Positions 1 to 9,200 of a stretch of 64,000 bases of DNA are shown here, piece after piece; the first letter of the stretch is position 1, and each line of letters opens with the position of its first letter. The stretch lies in IMG/VR virus record IMGVR_UViG_3300045988_106448; one strand, given 5' to 3'. The notes under the pieces are model-generated. The model was not told where the DNA came from. It did not search any database and was given only the letters and a program-made list of their open reading frames with translations. A program made the position numbers and the translations under genes. The stretch is from a virus.

Positions 1-2
1 GA

Positions 3-374
3 AATTGTGAAAAGTTTCCTCAAGAATTATTTGAAAATATAGGGGGTTGGATAGTTTTAAAAGATTGTTATGATGTTCACCATATAAATGAAGACAGAAC
101 TGACAATCGGTTAGAAAATCTTGAAATTTTAACTCGAGGTAAACATACTGCAATCCACAATTTAGAAAAGACAATTATAAGAGATGATACTACGGGTAGA
201 ATAATTGGTGTCTTTAAACGAGGTGAATTGCTGGGAAGTCCAGAGGTGGATAATCAGCAGCCAAGCATTAGTAGTAATACTTTTGAAGGTTCAACGACTA
301 ACAGCCGAATCCAAACAGATAATGCTGAGGATAGTAATGCTGACACGAGTGCCTCGCCCCTATTTATAGGGTGA
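3..374 (+). CDS. HNH homing endonuclease, 5'-truncated by the window edge
   Basis: Frame 3 translates to ...WIVLKDCYDVHHINEDRTDNRLENLEILTRGKHTAIHNLEKT..., the classic HNH motif (HH..N..NL..H..H); the ORF runs off the left edge. Confidence 0.7.
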   Translation, partial: NCEKFPQELFENIGGWIVLKDCYDVHHINEDRTDNRLENLEILTRGKHTAIHNLEKTIIRDDTTGRIIGVFKRGELLGSPEVDNQQPSISSNTFEGSTTNSRIQTDNAEDSNADTSASPLFIG

Positions 375-463
375 AGATATAGTCTGAACTTTGCAAATAA
401 CCTAAAAGTAAAGCAAAGAAATAATAGGATAAAGAGCCTATTAGTGTAACAACTCCACATAAA

Positions 464-661
464 TTGGATTACCGTGGAGACGTGGGTGTGCCTCTAATTA
501 ATTTGGGACAGGACGTTGAGAAAATTGAAGATGGCGACCGTGTGGCACAAATTGTTTTCGTGCCATTCGTGCAGGCGAATTTTCAGGTGGTAGCAACCGA
601 AGCTGATCTTGGAGAAACTGAACGTGGTCAAGGAGGATTTGGACATACCGGGAAGAATTGA
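464..661 (+). CDS. dut: dUTPase C-terminal fragment (motifs III-V only), a 3'-exon-like piece
   Basis: LDYRGDVGV (motif III), RVAQIVFVPF (motif IV), RGQGGFGHTG (motif V); TTG-initiated in the ORF track, in-frame stop at 425-427; N-terminal motifs absent from the window. Confidence 0.65.
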   Translation: MDYRGDVGVPLINLGQDVEKIEDGDRVAQIVFVPFVQANFQVVATEADLGETERGQGGFGHTGKN

Positions 662-705
662 TAAAGATTTTGTCCAAGATATTAAACTTTTAAGACAAAA
701 GTAAG

Positions 706-713
706 TATATTTG
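706..713 (+). promoter_or_regulatory. Bacteroidetes-type -7 promoter box TATATTTG
   Basis: Matches TAnnTTTG, 46 nt upstream of the ATG at 759. Confidence 0.45.
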
Positions 714-758
714 TATATCGAAACATGAATTACAGTTTTAAATAAATTAAAGAAGATT

Positions 759-1463
759 ATGGCAAACGCATTAGCAACTAGAGTAAAATTCCGTAAGTAT
801 TCGGCAGAGCAACTTCAGAACGTTATCAACAATGAGGAATCAAACGAAGTAGAAATTCAGGTAGCGACAGAGTTATTGGAAAAGATGGGTGGAGCACCCG
901 CACCCAAAGAAGCCCCGGTAGCCCCCGCAAAGAAAGAGGCTCCGAAGGTAAAGAAAGCCCCGGCTCCTAAAAAGGAAGAACCGAAAGCTGAGAAAGAAGA
1001 CAAGGCTGAAAAGGAGTTACCCGCTGACAAGTCACCGGAAGCGGCTGCAAAACGTCAGAACAAAAAGACAACGGAATACGTTTCGGATGAACAATTGACT
1101 CCGGCAGAACAAGCCCGCTTAGACAAGGCTGAAAAGGAGTTTGATGAACGCCAGAAAAACCGGAAAACCCCTTCCAAGTCTGACAAAACGATGAAGGAGA
1201 AGGCTCCTAAGACTGAAAGAGCAACCAAGCGTGAAAATCTTGAGGAATCAAACGAAGTACCGGGCTTGAAGGTTGGTAGCCAAGTAACCTTGAAAGAAGG
1301 TTCCGAGGTAGGTACGATTACCCGTGTATATCTATCTTCGGATGGTAAAGAGAAATGTATGGTGAAGTTTGGTGATGCCAAACCAATCAAGAAGCGTGTG
1401 ACGGCTGTGGAACTCGCAGAAGAAGCTAAACCGAAAGCCGCCCCGAAAAAAGCTAAGAAATAG
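759..1463 (+). CDS. Lys/Ala/Pro-rich (histone H1-like low-complexity) protein with a globular C-terminal domain
   Basis: APAPKEAPVAPAKKEAPKVKKAPAPKK repeats; C-terminal GSQVTLKEGSEVGTITRVYLSSDGKEKCMVKFGD looks KOW/SH3-like. Confidence 0.5.
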   Translation: MANALATRVKFRKYSAEQLQNVINNEESNEVEIQVATELLEKMGGAPAPKEAPVAPAKKEAPKVKKAPAPKKEEPKAEKEDKAEKELPADKSPEAAAKRQNKKTTEYVSDEQLTPAEQARLDKAEKEFDERQKNRKTPSKSDKTMKEKAPKTERATKRENLEESNEVPGLKVGSQVTLKEGSEVGTITRVYLSSDGKEKCMVKFGDAKPIKKRVTAVELAEEAKPKAAPKKAKK

Positions 1464-2194
1464 TGAGCCCCACTATATATCTAGTCAAAGGTATTTCAGG
1501 AAGTGGCAAATCAACAAGGGTTTACCTATTCTTGGAATACCTTGAATCATTAGGGCTAGAATTGACACCCTTTAAATTTAAAACACTTGACGGAAAAGAA
1601 AAGGAAGTAGGAGTTTATTGTGAGGATTTGGATTTGATTTTCGTTGGGAAGTGGTACGAAAATGGCGGTGTACGCCGTTGGCAGGGGCACGACAGTATGA
1701 CGGGGCGGTTATGTCATTCTGAAGGGCTTAGCTACTTCCTAAAGAGTGTTGCACAAAAGGGTCACAGTGTTGTTTTGGATGGTGCGGGTACGACGGCAAC
1801 ATGGCGGCTTAGACCCAAATTCCTATTTGAGGACAACGGGTTTAAGAGTATTGTTCATATACGGTATGATTACAAGCCGGAGCAGTTGCAAGAATATTAT
1901 GACCGGATCGAATACCGTTCTGGCGAGCCTCCCAAGGGGGATAGTATGTGGCGTAAAAGTAAAACCTTCCTACATGACTATCAAAAGGCTGTAGAAGAGG
2001 CTAAGATGGTTGTATCGGCAGGTTGCCACGTGTCTTTACATGATGAACCATACGATACCCCGGTTTACGATTTGGGTGTTAGAATTTTGGAGCACGTGGG
2101 TTTGGAAGACGTGCAAGATGAGTTCATCGCTTATTGTCAAAATTCAGATTATCTAATTAAAAACTCCTTTAATGAATTCCAGAAAATAAAATGA
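1463..2194 (+). CDS. P-loop kinase, PNK-like, possibly a nucleotide or DNA-base kinase
   Basis: Walker A IYLVKGISGSGKST at the N-terminus; resembles the T4 polynucleotide kinase N-terminus (GCPGSGKST). Confidence 0.5.
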   Translation: MSPTIYLVKGISGSGKSTRVYLFLEYLESLGLELTPFKFKTLDGKEKEVGVYCEDLDLIFVGKWYENGGVRRWQGHDSMTGRLCHSEGLSYFLKSVAQKGHSVVLDGAGTTATWRLRPKFLFEDNGFKSIVHIRYDYKPEQLQEYYDRIEYRSGEPPKGDSMWRKSKTFLHDYQKAVEEAKMVVSAGCHVSLHDEPYDTPVYDLGVRILEHVGLEDVQDEFIAYCQNSDYLIKNSFNEFQKIK

Positions 2195-2979
2195 AATTTC
2201 GAGGGCGTATATATTGTATAGAATGTACTGTAAATCATAAGTGGTATATTGGTCAAACTTCTAGAAGTTTACAAGTTCGGATGAATGGGCATATCAAGTT
2301 AGCTCTGAGGGGAGGGGAATTTGCTTTAAGTCGTGCTATACGAAAATACGGCGTTGAAAACTTTGTAATCGAGGAAATCATGTGGGTTGAGGCTCCTAAT
2401 AAACATTCTCTAAAACAGAAACTCGATTTTCTGGAACGCCATTTTATAGCCCGTTACGACACGAAACATACGGGCTATAATATGACGGAAGGAGGAGAAG
2501 GTGTATTAGGAATTCAATTTGATGAAGAGTCTAGAATAAAAATGTCTGAATCTGCTAAAAATAGATGCGATGAAAATTTTAGAAGAAGACAATCTATTGT
2601 TGCTAAACGTTTATGGCAAAAGGAATCTTTTCAAAAGTTAAGGTCAGAAGCCGCCCATTTGAATTTATTAAATAAAGAAGTTCAGAAAAAGATGGGTTTG
2701 GCTCGCCGAGGATTAAAGTTTACTGAAGAGCATAAGAAGAAAATAGGTTTAGCCGTAAGCGGGGAAAGGAATGGTATGTATGGGAAAAGCCACCCAAAAG
2801 AATTTATTGAAAAATTTACTAAGAAAGTTTATCAATATACTCCAGAGGGGGTTTTAGTGAAAGAATGGTTTTCTATTATTGATATTAAAAGAGAATTGAA
2901 AATAGGCAGAAAATGTTTAAAGAAAGCTATTGCAAATCAATTTATTTATCATGGTTATATTTGGAAATTTAAAAGATGA
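2191..2979 (+). CDS. GIY-YIG homing endonuclease with NUMOD-like DNA-binding repeats
   Basis: IYCIECTVNHKWYIGQTSRSLQVRMNGH...YNMTEGGEG (GIY-YIG, R, E); repeated ...KMSESAKNR... and ...KKKIGLAVSGERNGMYGKSH... modules. Confidence 0.8.
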   Translation: MKFRGRIYCIECTVNHKWYIGQTSRSLQVRMNGHIKLALRGGEFALSRAIRKYGVENFVIEEIMWVEAPNKHSLKQKLDFLERHFIARYDTKHTGYNMTEGGEGVLGIQFDEESRIKMSESAKNRCDENFRRRQSIVAKRLWQKESFQKLRSEAAHLNLLNKEVQKKMGLARRGLKFTEEHKKKIGLAVSGERNGMYGKSHPKEFIEKFTKKVYQYTPEGVLVKEWFSIIDIKRELKIGRKCLKKAIANQFIYHGYIWKFKR

Positions 2980-3974
2980 AAAAGAATAAAATTATTCCAG
3001 TCCCTAACGAAAATTTTCAATATTATTTGTATTGGATTACTAAAAGAATGGAAATTTTTTGGAACAAATACGAGGGTAAACCCGCCCCATGGACGGACGA
3101 TCCTATATTACAAAAATATAAATTTTGTAATACGTACAGGTGCCTCGACAGAGTTAGTCAGTACCTGTTGAGCCACGTGATTTACAACGGTAAGGATTAC
3201 GAACCGGAAGATATGTTTTACCGCATATTGTTGTTCAAACATTTTAACAAGATAGAAACATGGGAAGCGATTGAAAAAGAATTAGGGGATATTACCCTTA
3301 ATGTGGAATTAGAAGACATTGCCAAATGTCTTGATGATATGGTAAAACGAGGCATTACCATTTATGGAAGTGCTTATATTATTAATTGTTGTTTCTACCA
3401 ATTACCGGAGTATTCCTACATGAAGGGGATGTCTAAACACCGGGCACACTTTAGCGTGTTTCAACGTGAAATTTTTGACAACGGGCATATTTATGACTTC
3501 CTAGACGCACAGTCATTAGAGGAGTTGTTTTGGGTATTCCGTAAGATGAAAATATACGGGGACTTTACGGCACAACAATACGCCATTGACATGAATTACA
3601 GCCCTCTGTTTGACTTTAACGAAAATGATTTTGTTATAACCGGACCGGGTTCAATTCGAGGAATTGAGAGGACTTTTCAGAATGCCCGTGGGTGTGATTA
3701 CGTGGGTGTGATGAAATGGGTTCTTGCCCATTTTACGGAGTTGATGTATGAACAAGAAAAGGAGAAAGGTTTCACATTTCGTCCACTTCCTAATCGTATG
3801 CCCACGTTGATAGACTTGCAAAATTGCTTCTGTGAAACGGATAAATATTTGCGGGGTGCCGGGGTTGAAACAGAAGGATTAAAAGTGAAAGGCGAGCGGA
3901 TTAAACACACTTACGAGGCGAACCGTAATAAAATTAAATACACGTTGCCACCTAAGTGGAATGTGAAACTTTAA
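2976..3974 (+). CDS. Conserved hypothetical protein, candidate nucleotide/DNA-modification enzyme
   Basis: 332 aa, aromatic-rich (FWNKYEGKPAPWTDDPIL, KFCNTYRCLDR); no motif I can assign; sits between a kinase and a TS-family hydroxymethylase. Confidence 0.35.
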   Translation: MKKNKIIPVPNENFQYYLYWITKRMEIFWNKYEGKPAPWTDDPILQKYKFCNTYRCLDRVSQYLLSHVIYNGKDYEPEDMFYRILLFKHFNKIETWEAIEKELGDITLNVELEDIAKCLDDMVKRGITIYGSAYIINCCFYQLPEYSYMKGMSKHRAHFSVFQREIFDNGHIYDFLDAQSLEELFWVFRKMKIYGDFTAQQYAIDMNYSPLFDFNENDFVITGPGSIRGIERTFQNARGCDYVGVMKWVLAHFTELMYEQEKEKGFTFRPLPNRMPTLIDLQNCFCETDKYLRGAGVETEGLKVKGERIKHTYEANRNKIKYTLPPKWNVKL

Positions 3975-5041
3975 TTTCAAGAACCATGTTTTTACAAGCT
4001 GAAAATTTAAACGAGGCATTTATTTGCCTTTGTCAAGAACTATTTTATCACGGCGAAGACGTGACCCGGCGTGGCTTTAAATGCCGGGAAATTCCTCGAG
4101 CGGTGTTAGTGGAAATTACCAATCCAGTAGACCGTTATGTGCGTGTGCCAGAGCGCAAATGGAATAAGGTGTTGGGGTGGGTTGAATCCCTATGGATCGC
4201 TCGTGGGGATAATGCTTTAGAAATGCCTGCTGCCTATGTTAAGAACCTGAAGAATTTCAGTGATGACGGCATACACATGAGAGCCGGGTACGGTCCGAGA
4301 TTCAGACATTATGGGGATAACGGGGAATTTAAACCATTGTTTAATCTTCCTATTTCAACAGGATTTCCCGTTGACCAACTTAGATTTGTCATTGAAAAAT
4401 TTAAGGAGGACATTGACACACGGGAAGCGGTGGTTACTATTCATGACCCTGTAATGGACGATTTCGGTCCCGTAGATAACAGTGGGGTGGCTCCTGTTTT
4501 ACGAACAAAGGACACTCCATGCACCCGGTCAATTCATTTCATGATTGTGAACGGTGCGATGAATTGCTACGTTGACATTCGGAGTAATGATGTTGTATGG
4601 GGCTTTAGTGCCGTGAACGTGTTTAACTTTACGTTAATGCAGGAATACGTCGCCGCTCTGGTAGGCGTGCCCGTGGGTAAGTATTACCACAAGGCTGATA
4701 ACTTGCACGTGTATGAAAACTTCTTACCGTTGGTGGAGGAGATTGCCAAGAAGTACACGGGTAACGAATACCCTTCTGGAACCCGGTTCGCTTACAAACC
4801 CTCCTACAAAACTCTTCAAGAGTTTGATGCTTACATAGGTAAACTCAGCACCTTCGAAGAATTGTGTAGAGGGAAGAAAGTTCCGGCAGAAGAATTGGAA
4901 GTGATACTTAGAACCTTTACCGATGACTTATTTAACGATTGGGCTAAAGTGTTCTTCACCTACTGGACTAAACACCCGGTAGAGTTTACCAATCCGTTGT
5001 TAAACGAAATATTTTGTTTTGATGAATTACGAGAAAATTGA
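3956..5041 (+). CDS. Thymidylate-synthase-fold deoxypyrimidylate hydroxymethylase (dUMP/dCMP hydroxymethylase family)
   Basis: Catalytic-Cys context PCTRSIHFMIVNG; DIRSNDVVWGF matches T4 dCMP hydroxymethylase NMRSNDVVFGF rather than ThyA RSCDVFLGLPFN; GWVESLWIARGDN is the TS-fold helix. Confidence 0.7.
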   Translation: MECETLISRTMFLQAENLNEAFICLCQELFYHGEDVTRRGFKCREIPRAVLVEITNPVDRYVRVPERKWNKVLGWVESLWIARGDNALEMPAAYVKNLKNFSDDGIHMRAGYGPRFRHYGDNGEFKPLFNLPISTGFPVDQLRFVIEKFKEDIDTREAVVTIHDPVMDDFGPVDNSGVAPVLRTKDTPCTRSIHFMIVNGAMNCYVDIRSNDVVWGFSAVNVFNFTLMQEYVAALVGVPVGKYYHKADNLHVYENFLPLVEEIAKKYTGNEYPSGTRFAYKPSYKTLQEFDAYIGKLSTFEELCRGKKVPAEELEVILRTFTDDLFNDWAKVFFTYWTKHPVEFTNPLLNEIFCFDELREN

Positions 5042-5561
5042 CATCCTATTAGGGATGAAGGATATCCAAAGGCTACCAAATACCCCCCACCACCGGGGGT
5101 ATAACCTTTTGGAACATGGTTTGGTAGTTGGAATGTTATTCCGGTGGTTCGCTTCAGAAGAGAACGTGGCGTACGACATTAACGTGTTTGACAAGGTTCT
5201 CCTACATGATTTCGTTGAAAGCGTCACGGGGGATTTAAACGCTTGTGTTAAGAAGTTTAACGATAAGACAGCCAAGGCGTGGGACATTATTGAATTTGAA
5301 ATATGCCACGGCAACCCGGTACTCGCCCCCTATTCTGATCAGGAAATAAAGAAAGCCATGACGGATCAGCAATATCGTCTATTTAAAATGTGCGATTATC
5401 TTGATTTGTGGATTTTCTGCCGGAACGAAATGGCGTTGGGAAACCGAGCGCAAAAGTTGGTTAAATGTTTGTCTAACTGCGAAAAGCTATTGGCTCACTA
5501 TTCTCATGAATGGGCTGAGTTTAAAAGCATCGCTAAATTCATGAAACAATATGAAGGGTAA
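5019..5561 (+). CDS. HD-domain 5'-deoxynucleotidase (YfbR-like)
   Basis: NLLEHGLVVG ... VLLHDFVESVTGDL (H...HD...D motif of HD phosphohydrolases). Confidence 0.6.
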   Translation: MMNYEKIDILLGMKDIQRLPNTPHHRGYNLLEHGLVVGMLFRWFASEENVAYDINVFDKVLLHDFVESVTGDLNACVKKFNDKTAKAWDIIEFEICHGNPVLAPYSDQEIKKAMTDQQYRLFKMCDYLDLWIFCRNEMALGNRAQKLVKCLSNCEKLLAHYSHEWAEFKSIAKFMKQYEG

Positions 5562-6231
5562 AGTTATTGGGTTGGTAGGTGTAATTGGTAGTGGAAAAAG
5601 CTATACTTTAAAACGTCTTAAAGAGGAGGCTTCCAACACCTCCAGATTATTTATAGAAGGTGACTTTAGTGAAGGTATTCGTCAATTTATCATGAACATT
5701 TACGTGGGTAATGACGTGCCGATAGATGTGAATGGTGGAGCGTATGCCAAATGGAAGGCACATCCTAATGAAATTGCGTTACCCGTGTTTAGAGATGATG
5801 CCGGGAATTTATCATGCGGTACGATTACCGGGCGCAAACTACTTCAACGGGTTGGAGAGTACATGAAGGCGATGGCAGGTAATGACGTTTGGGCTAAGTG
5901 GACGAAGACAGACGTTATGCGGGCATATAACAAGGCTTGTCTGATTTACCCCACGGCTAAGATTGAAGAAATGACAATTACTTTCGGGTCGGTGCGTTTC
6001 TTATGTGAAGCCCAAGTGGTTTTTGACGTGGCAACCCTTACCGATAAAGAACCCGTGATTATCTTTTGCAACCACAAGTCAGATTCCTACGAGTTGAATG
6101 ATCACGTTAGTGAAGCATTTGCTCGGCACTTTGTTGATTTGGGTTACAAGGACGGTCAAGACATTACCGCCGAGGTACGTAGATTATTATTAAATTCAGA
6201 AAAGGATGAAAGATTTTCTAGCATATCTTGA
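5551..6231 (+). CDS. P-loop dNMP-kinase-like protein
   Basis: MKGKVIGLVGVIGSGKSYT Walker A at the extreme N-terminus, as in the T4 gp1 dNMP kinase. Confidence 0.5.
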   Translation: MKGKVIGLVGVIGSGKSYTLKRLKEEASNTSRLFIEGDFSEGIRQFIMNIYVGNDVPIDVNGGAYAKWKAHPNEIALPVFRDDAGNLSCGTITGRKLLQRVGEYMKAMAGNDVWAKWTKTDVMRAYNKACLIYPTAKIEEMTITFGSVRFLCEAQVVFDVATLTDKEPVIIFCNHKSDSYELNDHVSEAFARHFVDLGYKDGQDITAEVRRLLLNSEKDERFSSIS

Positions 6232-9200
6232 GAGAAATTTAATGGATTATACCCTGATATCAGATTACGTTGTTGATATCGGGGGTAAGACATTCGAGTT
6301 ATACAAGCCCGCTCATGATGGAGCGTTATTCGATGACGACTTTAATTTCGTGGGGATTCCCGCTAATCCTGACCGGGCTTCGGTAGAGGAATCGTCTACG
6401 GAAACTGAATGTGATTTTTACGCTTACCGTTTCGGTGGGGTGTGGTATATGCTACCACGAGGAAAAGAGAACGAGGTAAAATTGATTCGGTTAAAATACG
6501 TGGGTGCGGCACTTCAGGAAGTTCCTACACGGGTATTTCTGGGGGTGCATGGTCAGTACGAAATGATGTCCGGGTCAGGCACGTATAAAGAATGGTGCCA
6601 GAAGGCGAAGTTTTTAGGGGTTCACACGTTAGGTATCTGTGAGAAAAACAGTTTAGCCGGGGCGTTAAAATTCCAAACGGAATGTATCGCTGCCGGGTTA
6701 AAGAGCGTGATTGGAATGGAGTGCAGCGTGTATGATGAACCAAACGATTATGCTTTCACGGCTAAGGTGTACGCTCGCAATGAAAAGGGATGGAAGGACT
6801 TGTTGACAATAAACAAGTTTATAAATTGTGACAATCCTAAATATATAGGAGTTGCCGACTTTCGGAATATTACTCGTGGCAATAATGATCTTGTGGTATT
6901 TTTAGACCCCAAGGCGTTGGACTATGACAAGATTGGAATGTTGGGTATTGCGGGGATTACCAATTTATACCAATTAGACCCGGCTATATACACCGCCGAA
7001 AAGCGTGACGAGTGGTACTTGAAGAATCTTAAAAAGTTCTTTCATGACAAGTCGCTGACAGCCGTGGCGGCTATTGATGCGTGGTATTTGGATGAAGAAT
7101 ACAGTTGTATTCGACCTCGGTTACACAGCATGGGGAACACGATAGCCTATGCAAGTGAGAATCAGTATTTCAAATCAAACGATGAATACTTGTTAGAATT
7201 GTCAGAGTTATTCCCTAAAACTGATGAAGGGTTCGAAATGGCGTATAACAAATTCATGGATGCGATAGACGTGTTGGAAAACGTTGCCGAGGCGATTACC
7301 TTTACCATAGACGTCAAGAAACGCCACTTACCCCACTACAAAATGACAAAGGAGGAGGCGGCAGAGTTTGACAACAATGAGGATCTCTTTTGGTCTCTTA
7401 TAGACAAGGGGCTTGAGGCTCATCCTGACTTAATTGAGGATTGGGGTGAAGAGGTTATTATGGAGCGTATTGAGAGGGAAGTGGGGGTTATAAAGCTAGG
7501 TGAAGCGATTGATTACTTTTTAATCACGTGGGACATTATCAATTGGTGCCACCGTAACGGTATCATGACGGGGATTAGTCGTGGGAGTGCCGGAGGTTGT
7601 TTGGTATCATATCTGTTGGGTATTACCAAACTTGATCCCATGCGGTATGACTTACTGTTCGAGCGTTTCTTGAATGCGGGTCGTGTGAAGGTTTCCCTAC
7701 CTGATATTGACTGTGATTACCCCGGTGAAGACCGTCCTCGTGTAAAGAAGTACATGGAGGAACGTTACGGGTGGAAACAGGTGTGTTCGGTAGGAACGTA
7801 CAGTGCTCTACAATTACGTGCGGCTCTTAAAGCCTTGTCACGGGTGTACGGTTTGCAATTCAAGGACGTTAACGACATGATGAAGTTGTTTGACGTGAAA
7901 GACCGTAAGCCGGAAGACCTGTTTAAGATAGCGTGTGCCCACCCCGTTGTTAAACACTTTGTCAAGGAACACCCGGATTTGATTAACGAAGCGATGCTCG
8001 TGATGCCCGCACCGTTGGCGCAGTCTATTCATGCTTGCGCCATGATGGTATTCCCAGATGAAAACGATATGTTTAGATGGGTGCCTATTCGTAAACAGGG
8101 GGACGAGTACGTTACCGAATGGGAAGGTGGTGAGATGGATGCAGCCGGGTTCTTGAAAGAAGACGTGCTAGGGGTGAAACAGTTTGACAAGTTTCAGGAC
8201 ATGGTACGTTTGATTAAAGAACATGAAGGTGTAGACCTTGATATTTTTAGCGTGCCGTTGGATGACCCTGAAGTGTACGCCTATTTCCAAAATGGGTGGA
8301 ATGAAGATAACTTCCACTTCGGCAGTAACGGGCTAACCGGGTATTGCAAGCAAATGAAGCCTGAAAATATAGAGGACTTGATTGCGGCTATATCCCTGTA
8401 CCGCCCCGGTGCGATGGAGAACAACTTCCATAATGAATACGTGTTGCGTAAGGAGGGCACTAACAAGGTAGAGTATTTCGTTGGTACGAAAGATATTCTT
8501 AAGAATACGTATGGAGTGTTCGCTTATCAGGAACAGATCATGCAGTTATGCCGAGAGTTAGGAGGGTTGTCATTGGTGGAAGCAGATGACGTGCGTAAAG
8601 CGATGGTGAAGAAGAAGTACGAGGCGTTACAGCAATACAAGGAAAGATTTATTCCCTATTACCGGGATAACTACGGCGTTAGCCAAGAATACAGCGAGAA
8701 GGTGTGGGATGCCATTGACAAGGCTTCAACGTACTTGTTTAACCGTAGCCACGCCGCCGCCTATGCCATTACCGGATACATTTCCCAATGGATTAAGGTG
8801 CATTATCCGATAGAGTATTGGTCGGTAGCGTTTAAATACGCCCAAGACTTTGATTACCCCCGGTACATTGCGGAAATTAATAAGACGGGGGTCTGCACGG
8901 TGCGTCCTGTGGATATTAACTTGTCGGCGTTGGATGTTACCATTAACTTTAAAGAAAAGGCTCTGTATTGGTCTATAACCGGAATAAAACAAGTAGCGGA
9001 AAAAGCCGCAACCCAAATTTTAAAAGAGCGTGAAGAGAATGGTGATTACTATTCGTTGGATGATTTCGTGGTTCGGCATAAATGGAAGGGTTCGGCGGTT
9101 AATAGCCGTATCATACGAAACCTAATTTTAGCGGGGGCGTTTGACAAGTTGGAAAACGTGCAGGAACCTTCAGATCGTATTGATTTGTTGATTAATTTCT

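Noticed and set aside
1055-1390. 111-aa minus-strand ORF inside the K/A/P-rich gene
   Set aside because: Antisense ORF within low-complexity repeats, with no start context or motif. It is a frame artefact of the AAG/GCC-rich sequence.
1746-1994. 82-aa + ORF in an alternative frame within the P-loop kinase gene
   Set aside because: It lies entirely inside a better-supported gene and has no independent signals.
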